A stretch of 13,011 nt of DNA from a virus, in UHGV virus genome UHGV-1813710, one strand, 5' to 3'. Shown piece by piece: positions 6,755 to 13,011 of the stretch. Each line of letters opens with the position of its first letter. Positions within the stretch are counted from its first letter, which is position 1. The translations under genes were made by a program, and so were the position numbers. The notes beneath the pieces were generated by a model, which saw only the letters and a program-made list of their open reading frames with translations, made no database searches and was not told the origin of the DNA.

Positions 6755-7499
6755 ATTATCAACTGAGCGTTTAGAAAAATTCGTCAACGATATTAAAACT
6801 GATGGGATGTGCGACATAACTGATTATCAAGTTGCGTTGGCGTTACGTCAGTTACTGGCATACGAGCAAGCAGTACCGGTATTACCTAAACAGCCTGAGA
6901 CTCAGTTCGATGAAATCGCGCTTGATACTGCAAGAGAGATTATGCGTGATGTAAACCAGCGCCATGAATTGATTGGCGGTGAGTGTCAGTTGCTTGCGCG
7001 CACTCAGTGTCGAATTAATGACGTACTGTGTAACGTCGCAGCACCAGCACAACCTGTAATACCAGAACAAGCTAAGCCTGTGGCATATACAGACAATAGA
7101 AACTTAAAAAGTCTACAGAAAGGATGTAATACGGCATTGCTCTGGCTTAAGCATAACGCCGAAGTTGGTGATATTCCTCTATATACCGAAGTGCCGACAC
7201 AACCTGTAAGCGAGCCTTACAAGCTACCAGTCGGATATTTTTCTTATGGCTCTGAGTGTGGTTTTGATTGGCACAATACAGAGAAAGAAGCGATTGAAGC
7301 TGCCGAGGCTGTAATTGACAACTATCGCGGTGATGCGTGCGACGGCTGGTCTGAGGAAACAGACAGTGTCTGCTGGGGTGTCATTTTGCAACAGGCAACA
7401 AAGGTCGATGAGCGCCCACGTACTGATGATGATAAATGCGATCCGGCTATTGATACGGTCTGTGATTACGCGCTACTACCGGCGCAGGAGAGCGAATAA
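6747..7499 (+). CDS. Hypothetical phage protein (250 aa), Cys-containing C-terminal region
   Basis: Start overlaps the upstream gene by 8 nt, with a GGGGG Shine-Dalgarno. Ends in …AQESE, whose codons form the Shine-Dalgarno for the next gene. Confidence 0.6.
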   Translation: MSELSTERLEKFVNDIKTDGMCDITDYQVALALRQLLAYEQAVPVLPKQPETQFDEIALDTAREIMRDVNQRHELIGGECQLLARTQCRINDVLCNVAAPAQPVIPEQAKPVAYTDNRNLKSLQKGCNTALLWLKHNAEVGDIPLYTEVPTQPVSEPYKLPVGYFSYGSECGFDWHNTEKEAIEAAEAVIDNYRGDACDGWSEETDSVCWGVILQQATKVDERPRTDDDKCDPAIDTVCDYALLPAQESE

Positions 7500-8263
7500 T
7501 GCGCCCTCACTTTCACGGAACCCCGATTTGGGGGAATGCTGGCGATGTTTTGCGTGTTGCTGTTAGCGGAGCTGGTGCATTCGTTTCTTACGTTAGACCA
7601 GACCAGATTGAGCGCTGTTTTAAATATGCGGATAGTGTAGCTATCGATAACGGCGCGTTTTCAGCATGGAAAAGCGGCAAGAAATTGGATTGGAATAAAT
7701 TCTATGAATTCCTGTACAGGCATTATCACCGCTCAAAGCTTGCATTTTTTTGTATTCCAGACGTTGTGGAAGGTGGTGAAAGCGATAACGACGCAATGAT
7801 TAAAGCCGTTCCGCACATATTCAAAGAAAAAGCAGCTCCGGTTTGGCATTTACACGAATCTATCGAGCGCTTAATTCGTTTGTGCGAAGAGTGGCCGCGC
7901 GTGTGTTTTGGCTCGTCTGGTCAGTACGCGCGAACATTAACAAAGCTATGGCATGAGCGCATGAAAGAAGCTTTCACGGAGATTTATATCAAGCGCCAAC
8001 TGACAACGAAAATACACGGACTACGCATGCTTGATGGTCGCATTTTGGGTAACTACCCGCTACACAGCGCAGATAGCACAAACCTAGCATGCAACGTTCC
8101 AAAATTTAACATGAAGTATCCAGAGCTAACCCGAGCTGTATTAGATAAGGGGTATGGTCAAGACATGGTTCAACTACACCGTTGCGCGATTCTAAAAAAC
8201 TCAATTGAGTCAGTAACACCGCCGAGCATCGCGGCGTGGGTAGCTGCACAGGAGAGCGAATAA
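7499..8263 (+). CDS. Hypothetical phage protein (254 aa); weak, unverified resemblance to tRNA-guanine transglycosylase (TGT)/DpdA-type proteins
   Basis: TAATG overlap with the upstream gene. Segments HGTPIWG, VAIDNGAFSAW and GLRMLDG loosely parallel the TGT segments PVGTYG, LTDSGGFQV and GIDMFDCV (recollection, not a computed alignment). Confidence 0.6.
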   Translation: MRPHFHGTPIWGNAGDVLRVAVSGAGAFVSYVRPDQIERCFKYADSVAIDNGAFSAWKSGKKLDWNKFYEFLYRHYHRSKLAFFCIPDVVEGGESDNDAMIKAVPHIFKEKAAPVWHLHESIERLIRLCEEWPRVCFGSSGQYARTLTKLWHERMKEAFTEIYIKRQLTTKIHGLRMLDGRILGNYPLHSADSTNLACNVPKFNMKYPELTRAVLDKGYGQDMVQLHRCAILKNSIESVTPPSIAAWVAAQESE

Positions 8264-8264
8264 T

Positions 8265-8549
8265 ATGGCTCGGACGATTAACGACTCTATAGATGCAACT
8301 ATAGCCTCTCTCGTTAGTAACATTCACAACTTGCGCAAAGAAGTAGAAGAATCAGCCGTTCTACGACTGGCAAGCTTCCGCCAGCGCGAACTAATGATCG
8401 AAGGCGTTCGACAAATGTCCGCGCATTACAAAAAGGAGGCGAAAAGCTTTATGGACTCACAAGATCAAGTTGAGGCCATTGATTGCAGCTATATCGCTAA
8501 AAAGTGTGATGCATTTATTGCGCACATTATGAAGCAGGAGAGCAAATAA
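8265..8549 (+). CDS. Hypothetical phage protein (94 aa), predicted helical
   Basis: ATG 2 nt after the upstream stop, preceded by the same CAGGAGAGCGAATAAT junction motif. Confidence 0.55.
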   Translation: MARTINDSIDATIASLVSNIHNLRKEVEESAVLRLASFRQRELMIEGVRQMSAHYKKEAKSFMDSQDQVEAIDCSYIAKKCDAFIAHIMKQESK

Positions 8550-8911
8550 TGCCGACTAACAAGATAACAGAGCATTATCTTAGTTCATTGATCGTTAGAT
8601 TGCGCCGCCGCGCGTTTGAACTGACAGGGACTCAATCAGCGAATCTTATGAATGAAGCAGCTAAAGCGATCTATGAATTTCGTGAGTATAGAAGAGCTAA
8701 TCCAGCGTTGCCCGCCGGCTGGAAGATAGCCCCGCGAGATCCGGATGAGGAAATGATTATAAGGGGTTTTGAGTCTGAACCCGATGAATCATTCAGCACG
8801 CCGGAGGATTGGGAGCGGTACGAAAAAATGAGTGGATGCGAGCAAGCTGCGCATAGAGTCAAATTAAGTTGGACTGCAATGTTTGATGCAATACCCCCCA
8901 TTAAGGATTAA
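8549..8911 (+). CDS. Hypothetical phage protein (120 aa)
   Basis: TAATG overlap with the upstream gene; third copy of the junction motif (CAGGAGAGCAAATAATG). Confidence 0.55.
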   Translation: MPTNKITEHYLSSLIVRLRRRAFELTGTQSANLMNEAAKAIYEFREYRRANPALPAGWKIAPRDPDEEMIIRGFESEPDESFSTPEDWERYEKMSGCEQAAHRVKLSWTAMFDAIPPIKD

Positions 8912-9505
8912 ATGATGATCGACTCAATTGTTATTGATACCGAAACTATGGATGTGCGCCCATCTGCATTATTGCTTTCAATCGGCGCAATTGCATTCGA
9001 TGTGACAGATCTCGAAGCGCTTCGCTACAACATTTCTTATGCAGTTAAAGCGGAGCACCACAGCAGTGAGTCATATGTTTTCTATCATCTGCTAGATGCT
9101 AATTCACAGATCATGGTAGGCCGCACCGTGTCTAGAAGCACTCAGATGTGGTGGAGGGGGCAAGGTGATTCAGCAAAAGCAGCGTTGGATGGCGATAAGC
9201 AAGATCTAAAAGAAGTACTTGAAGCATTGACGCACTGGATAGCTCAATATCCAGATGCACAGATTTATTTTCGTGGTACTGACTTTGACGGTTCTATTCT
9301 CGAGAGTGCGTATCGAGCTTACGACTTGAAATGTCCGTGGAAATATAATGGCAAGCGCGATGTACGTACATTCATTGATGCATTGAGCGGGAGCGATAAG
9401 GGTTATATTGCAGATCATGAACCTTGCTTTGCAATGATTAAGCATAATTCACTTCATGATGCGATGAACGATGCAGAGCAAATGGCTATAGCTCACTCTC
9501 TTTAA
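8912..9505 (+). CDS. DEDDh-type (DnaQ-like) 3'-5' exonuclease
   Basis: Exo I-like IVIDTETMD, Exo II-like FRGTDFDGSILESAY and Exo III-like HNSLHDAMNDAEQ are present in the expected order and spacing. ATG immediately follows the upstream TAA. Confidence 0.75.
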   Translation: MMIDSIVIDTETMDVRPSALLLSIGAIAFDVTDLEALRYNISYAVKAEHHSSESYVFYHLLDANSQIMVGRTVSRSTQMWWRGQGDSAKAALDGDKQDLKEVLEALTHWIAQYPDAQIYFRGTDFDGSILESAYRAYDLKCPWKYNGKRDVRTFIDALSGSDKGYIADHEPCFAMIKHNSLHDAMNDAEQMAIAHSL

Positions 9506-9513
9506 TAATTTAC

Positions 9514-9545
9514 GGCCCGTGTGCAGCGGGCCATATTTAATTTAT
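9514..9545 (+). terminator. Hairpin with AT-rich tail between the exonuclease gene and xis (weak terminator or attenuator)
   Basis: GGCCCG (9514-9519), 7-nt loop, CGGGCC (9527-9532), followed by ATATTTAATTTAT. Confidence 0.35.
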
Positions 9546-9563
9546 CTGTGTGGAGTTTTAATC

Positions 9564-9782
9564 ATGGCGAAAGAAGCTAAATTGATGCGCGCGAGCGCGT
9601 GGGGCAAGCGTGAGTTCGAGGTGGGTTCTATTCCTGATAATAGAACTATTAGGCGCTGGATAGAAAATGGCCGTTTGCGTGGCCGGATTGTTGATGGAAC
9701 CATTTTGGTTTATTCATCTGAACGCTGGGGTATTGAGTCTGTTGTATCCCACCACGTACATAATTTAATTAGTGAATCATGA
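9564..9782 (+). CDS. xis: Excisionase (lambda Xis-like)
   Basis: Lies immediately upstream of int with an ATGA overlap. Segment RTIRRWIENGRLRGRIVDGTILVYSSE parallels lambda Xis ETVRRWVRECRIFPPPVKDGREYLFHES. GGAG 9 nt upstream of ATG 9564; the track's 9519 start lacks a Shine-Dalgarno. Confidence 0.75.
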   Translation: MAKEAKLMRASAWGKREFEVGSIPDNRTIRRWIENGRLRGRIVDGTILVYSSERWGIESVVSHHVHNLISES

Positions 9783-10960
9783 TGGCAGCTCGACCACGCA
9801 AGCGTGAAAACCGGCACCTTCCCGATCTGCTGTATTTCGATAAAGTTGCCGGCGTTTATCGCTTTACCCTAATCACGGGAAAGAGAAAATCATTAGGCTC
9901 TGACCGTGCTTTAGCAATCGCTATTGCGCGTGAATATAACAATAGAATGCGACCGGATATAGTTGTATCAGTTGACTCGCTTATTAGTGAATCGGGCGGC
10001 TTGAAGGGGGAATCCCTGCCCTTCTCCAGTCATGTTGATCATATTCTCGCTCGTGCTATCACGGACGAGAAACCAAGCCCTGATACAAAGGCTGACTGGA
10101 TGAATGATGCAAAACGAGTGAAAGAATTCTTCATTGACATTCACTGCTGCGATATTGAACTAGAGCACGTCAATGCGTTCATTCAGCATTATCATGCTGA
10201 AGCATCAGCAAACGTACAAAACCGCAAAGTTAGTTTTCTAAAGAAATTATTTAGTTATGCAGTAGACGAATCGTTAATGTTCGATAATCCAGCAACTAGA
10301 AAGAAAATGCGGAGAATTGAGGGGAAAGTTCGCCAACGCTTATCTTTCGACAATCTGATGGCTATACGAAACGCCGCGGATCGATGGCTGCGAACTGCGA
10401 TAGATCTAGCTCTACAGACAACGCACGCCCGGCTTGAAGTTTCCCGAATTCGCTATTCAATCAAAGAGCCCAAAAATGGCGTGTGTGGCTGTGTGTGGTT
10501 CGACGCTCCAGAGAGTGGGATTTATGGCGTTATGTATATACACAGGCAGAAAGTGCAGCACAAAGAAGCATCACACGTCGCAATACCAATCGGGCCTGAA
10601 CTTAAAAGAATTATTGATGATAGCCGCGACAATGCTGCTAGCCCATACATTGTTCATCGTTTACCAAAACGCAATAATAAGCCAAGCAAAGAGGTTTCAC
10701 ATCCTACACAAGTAGCGCCAGACTACTTGAGCCGGGCATTCTCAACACTTCGAGATGAGCTCGGGATTTGCTCACATCTTGAAATGGATGAACGTCCGAC
10801 ATTCCATGAAATCCGAGCGCTTGCTGCACACCTATTTGATACGCAAGGCATTGACCCACAGGGCCGCATGGCTCACAGCGACGCTAAGTCGACTAAGATA
10901 TACACGCAAAATCATATCGATTGGGTCATGGTGCCGCACGGCGAGATCAAGACGGGATGA
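9779..10960 (+). CDS. int: Tyrosine site-specific integrase, lambda Int family
   Basis: N-terminus RENRHLPDLLYF…GKRKSLGSDRALAIA parallels lambda Int HERRDLPPNLYI…GKEFGLGRDRRIAIT. C-terminus has PTFHEIRALAAHLF (H-x-x-R box) and …STKIYTQNH (catalytic Tyr). Adjacent to xis and to the tRNA-derived att core. Confidence 0.95.
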   Translation: MMAARPRKRENRHLPDLLYFDKVAGVYRFTLITGKRKSLGSDRALAIAIAREYNNRMRPDIVVSVDSLISESGGLKGESLPFSSHVDHILARAITDEKPSPDTKADWMNDAKRVKEFFIDIHCCDIELEHVNAFIQHYHAEASANVQNRKVSFLKKLFSYAVDESLMFDNPATRKKMRRIEGKVRQRLSFDNLMAIRNAADRWLRTAIDLALQTTHARLEVSRIRYSIKEPKNGVCGCVWFDAPESGIYGVMYIHRQKVQHKEASHVAIPIGPELKRIIDDSRDNAASPYIVHRLPKRNNKPSKEVSHPTQVAPDYLSRAFSTLRDELGICSHLEMDERPTFHEIRALAAHLFDTQGIDPQGRMAHSDAKSTKIYTQNHIDWVMVPHGEIKTG

Positions 10961-10991
10961 TTGATGGTAAAACCCATACTTAAGCTATTGA

Positions 10992-11037
10992 TGTATATAC
11001 ACCAACTTTTGCGAATTATGCACTGTTTGTATATACA
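10992..11037 (+). repeat. Two direct copies of TGTATATACA between int and the att core (candidate integrase arm-type or IHF sites)
   Basis: TGTATATACA at 10992-11001 and again at 11028-11037, 36 bp apart, in the roughly 130-bp AT-rich stretch between the int stop and the tRNA fragment. Confidence 0.35.
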
Positions 11038-11094
11038 GTCGACAACCTAGAGAAACCAGTGCTGGCGCGGGTTTCAGCGTGTTGAATACGCTAA

Positions 11095-11140
11095 CATGGG
11101 GTGTCGGGGGTCGGAGGTTCAAATCCTCTCGTGCCGACCA
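11095..11140 (+). other. Partial tRNA: 3' about 45 nt of a tRNA-Pro-like gene (anticodon loop to CCA), i.e. the att core repeat at the prophage boundary
   Basis: T-arm GGAGG-TTCAAAT-CCTCT (11113-11129), acceptor 3' strand CGTGCCG, discriminator A and CCA (11138-11140). No complementary 5' acceptor strand (CGGCACG) upstream, so the tRNA is not intact. GGG sits at the inferred anticodon position and the string matches my recollection of enterobacterial tRNA-Pro. Confidence 0.65.
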
Positions 11141-11152
11141 AATAATCCCAAG

Positions 11153-11182
11153 AAAACCAACCTATTATGGGTTGGTTTTTTT
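11153..11182 (+). terminator. Rho-independent terminator (tRNA-gene-type) just outside the att core
   Basis: AAAACCAACC stem, TATTATG loop, GGTTGGTTTT pairing, followed by a run of T residues to 11182. Confidence 0.7.
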
Positions 11183-11453
11183 ATGTCTTCAATTTGTCAC
11201 TACGGCCAATATTACGCGCAGCAAGAAGTAAAAAAGCCCCCAAAGTGATTGGGTGGCGGGCTGAGGAAGTGCTCGAGATGGCTGAAGCAGGACTGATATA
11301 CGACGAATTTAGGGTAGTCTAAAGCTATTTGAATCCTCATGACCACGCTGAGGTTGAGGTATACTGCTTCAGAGCGGGGTAAATAAATTACGTCGCTATA
11401 GACAGACATAGGGATTGTCGCAGTTCTGGTCAGAAGACATTAGGATTGAGAAT

Positions 11454-11780
11454 ATGGAAATAAATCACTGCGAATTATATGTCAAAGACCTTGTCGGCCT
11501 GTCCCTGATTTTGATTGTGTGGGCTGTACTCGTCTGGAACTTCATTTCCTGCTGTTTCACAGGGCGTGCTAGCTTTATGTTTTCCCGTTATAGCTTCAGA
11601 CGCACCAAGGACGAATTGGGAATCATTGGGGATCGAACGGGAAGTAAGATACTCTATTTCTTAGCTATGGCGCTCAAGTTACTTTTAATTGTATTTTTTT
11701 CATACAGTGTATTTGTGCCATTGTTCAGCCCTGGAGTATTTGAGGAAGTAATGGGCCACATTTTTACCTGCCATAAATGA
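11454..11780 (+). CDS. Possible small membrane protein (two hydrophobic segments); doubtful
   Basis: ATG at 11454 with AGGA 9 nt upstream; the track form starts at TTG 11415. Two hydrophobic stretches (LVGLSLILIVWAVLVWNFI and ILYFLAMALKLLLIVFFSYSVFVPLF). Could equally be a degraded region. Confidence 0.25.
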   Translation: MEINHCELYVKDLVGLSLILIVWAVLVWNFISCCFTGRASFMFSRYSFRRTKDELGIIGDRTGSKILYFLAMALKLLLIVFFSYSVFVPLFSPGVFEEVMGHIFTCHK

Positions 11781-11989
11781 GTTCTGATACTCTACCCTCC
11801 CCCCACGGTGAACTTTTAATGTTAATAAGTTTGTTCATTTCGTTACGTTGCTTCTGCAGATGGAGCCCCTCTATAACGAATAAAAAAACAATCATTAGGG
11901 TCTTTTAATACCTAATTAACCAAAAGTAACATAGCATTTTCATAATAGATAAAATTAGATATAATCAAATATTATCTATTATTAATAGC

Positions 11990-12997
11990 ATGGCTAATTT
12001 TTATTACATGGATACAGACAAAAATTTCAATCATGAAAATGATTCACTATTCAAAAAAAACACTATTAAAACAAGCAATAACAATCTAAAAGTACTAAAT
12101 ATTGCATTCTGTTTTGATGATAATTTTGTGATGCCAACAGGTGTAGCCATTGCATCTGTCATTGAAAACAATAAAGACTCGCACCTCCACTTTCATTTAT
12201 TCTTCGAATCCATTTCTGAAAAAAACAAATCTAGAATACTTGAGATACAAGGTGATAACGTTTCAATAACAACATATGAACTTCAGGAAGAACTATCCGT
12301 CAATCCTAATACACTCATTCTGGGAATCCCAAAGTCCACGTGCTTAAGATTTATGGTTCCTTTTGTTCTACGGCATGAGGTTGATTCTGTTTTATATTTG
12401 GATGGCGATATGATTTGCTTAGATTCATTACACGCCTTACATGACCTAAACCTTAAAGGACATATTGCCGCTGTAGTTGCTGACTCTAAAGAGATGCAAC
12501 AGAAAGCCAGCACACTAGGATACGGTATTGATACCGATAAATATTTCAATGCAGGATTTTTATTTATCAATGTATCTGAGTGGAATTTTAAAAATGTCAC
12601 CGCCGTGGCATTTAACATGATCAATAGCGGTACAATTTATAAATATGCCGATCAGGATGTATTAAATATACTCTTAAACGAAAACATTAAATTAATTGAC
12701 AAGAAATATAATAAAACTATAACGCTAAGCCCTATCGATAGGGTAGATGATAATGCATCTCGTGGCACAACCATTTTGCATTATGTTACAAAAAATAAAC
12801 CGTGGTTTATGATATTTGAGTCTCAGATTTTCTTTTATTACCTGAATCAATCTCCATGGAAAGACACGCAATTAAAACTGACACCTAATGCTAGCCTGCT
12901 TAGAATAAAGGCAAAAAAACTCCTTTCTGATAAGAAATTTGTCGATTGGATAAAATATTTCTCCCTATATATTAAATATAAATTATTTAGCAAATAA
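11990..12997 (+). CDS. Glycosyltransferase family 8 (LPS/LOS glycosyltransferase-like, RfaJ/LgtC type)
   Basis: GT8 hallmarks: NIAFCFDDNFVMPTGVAIASV (nucleotide-sugar binding region), YLDGDMIC (DxD motif), NAGFLFINVSEW, YADQDVLN and HY…KPW. Very AT-rich gene preceded by an AT-rich promoter-like region. Confidence 0.8.
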   Translation: MANFYYMDTDKNFNHENDSLFKKNTIKTSNNNLKVLNIAFCFDDNFVMPTGVAIASVIENNKDSHLHFHLFFESISEKNKSRILEIQGDNVSITTYELQEELSVNPNTLILGIPKSTCLRFMVPFVLRHEVDSVLYLDGDMICLDSLHALHDLNLKGHIAAVVADSKEMQQKASTLGYGIDTDKYFNAGFLFINVSEWNFKNVTAVAFNMINSGTIYKYADQDVLNILLNENIKLIDKKYNKTITLSPIDRVDDNASRGTTILHYVTKNKPWFMIFESQIFFYYLNQSPWKDTQLKLTPNASLLRIKAKKLLSDKKFVDWIKYFSLYIKYKLFSK

Positions 12998-13011
12998 AAC
13001 CATCAGCATTA

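Larger units (their letters stand above)
1..11140. mobile_element. Lambdoid prophage, right-hand portion (left end lies outside the window); right boundary at a tRNA-derived attachment core
   Basis: Gene order matches a lambda-like layout: cro/cII-like leftward operon, divergent cI-like repressor, early operon, xis, int, then a tRNA 3' fragment at 11095-11140 with a tRNA-type terminator just beyond. Base composition changes after about 11800. Confidence 0.75.

Noticed and set aside
5153-9445. Minus-strand track ORFs inside the early operon (5153-5437, 6116-6298, 6337-6534, 6882-7070, 8106-8327, 8671-8901, 9206-9445) and the plus-strand ORF 7315-7566
   Set aside because: All are embedded within or antisense to the tightly packed, translationally coupled plus-strand genes and have no independent start signals.
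10434-10964. Track ORFs 10434-10715(+) and 10755-10964(+) inside the integrase gene
   Set aside because: Alternative frames of the integrase, whose frame is confirmed by lambda Int-like N- and C-terminal motifs.
11055-11140. Intact tRNA or tmRNA gene ending at the CCA at 11140
   Set aside because: The sequence upstream of the T-arm cannot form an anticodon stem, and there is no 5' acceptor strand complementary to CGTGCCG. The acceptor also does not match tmRNA-type ends. Only the 3' portion is present, so it is interpreted as an att core fragment.
11212-11409. Track ORF 11212-11409(-) in the segment beyond the att core
   Set aside because: Short, no ribosome-binding site, proline/phenylalanine-rich translation, in a region with no other coding signal. 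Likely non-coding or decayed DNA.
12283-12624. Track ORF 12283-12624(-) inside the glycosyltransferase gene
   Set aside because: Antisense to the GT8 gene, whose frame is supported by family-specific motifs.
1-13011. CRISPR arrays, rRNA genes, insertion sequences or transposase genes
   Set aside because: No regularly spaced direct repeats, no rRNA-like conserved sequence, and no transposase-like ORF or terminal inverted repeats were seen anywhere in the window.

Overview
The window is the right-hand ~11 kb of a lambda-like (lambdoid) prophage plus its junction with flanking DNA. All calls come from reading the sequence and the supplied ORF track; no database search was run, so family names are motif recollections. 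Left to right: (1) a leftward operon running off the window start: Cro-like HTH protein, CII-like regulator, a small ORF and a Rha/antirepressor-like protein; (2) a divergent immunity switch with a CI-type repressor (tandem HTH plus S24 peptidase domain) and five copies of a 17-bp bipartite operator-like motif, three between cro and cI and two downstream of cI; (3) an intrinsic terminator and then a small ORF with a ClpX-type C4 zinc-finger signature; (4) an AT-rich convergent gene; (5) about 500 bp of non-coding DNA holding a tRNA-like minihelix and a long hairpin with a T-tract; (6) a rightward early operon of nine mostly uncharacterised genes, several translationally coupled (DUF2303/YfdQ-like, HD-domain YfdR-like phosphohydrolase, a possible TGT/DpdA-like protein, DEDDh exonuclease), then excisionase and a lambda-family tyrosine integrase; (7) the prophage end at a ~45-bp 3' fragment of a tRNA-Pro-like gene (att core) followed by a tRNA-type terminator; (8) AT-rich flanking DNA with a family-8 glycosyltransferase. 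No CRISPR array, rRNA or intact tRNA gene was found. The most interesting candidates are the standalone ClpX zinc-finger ORF at the immediate-early position, the tandem-HTH repressor with its asymmetric operators, the AT-rich moron and the tRNA-like element in the early leader.
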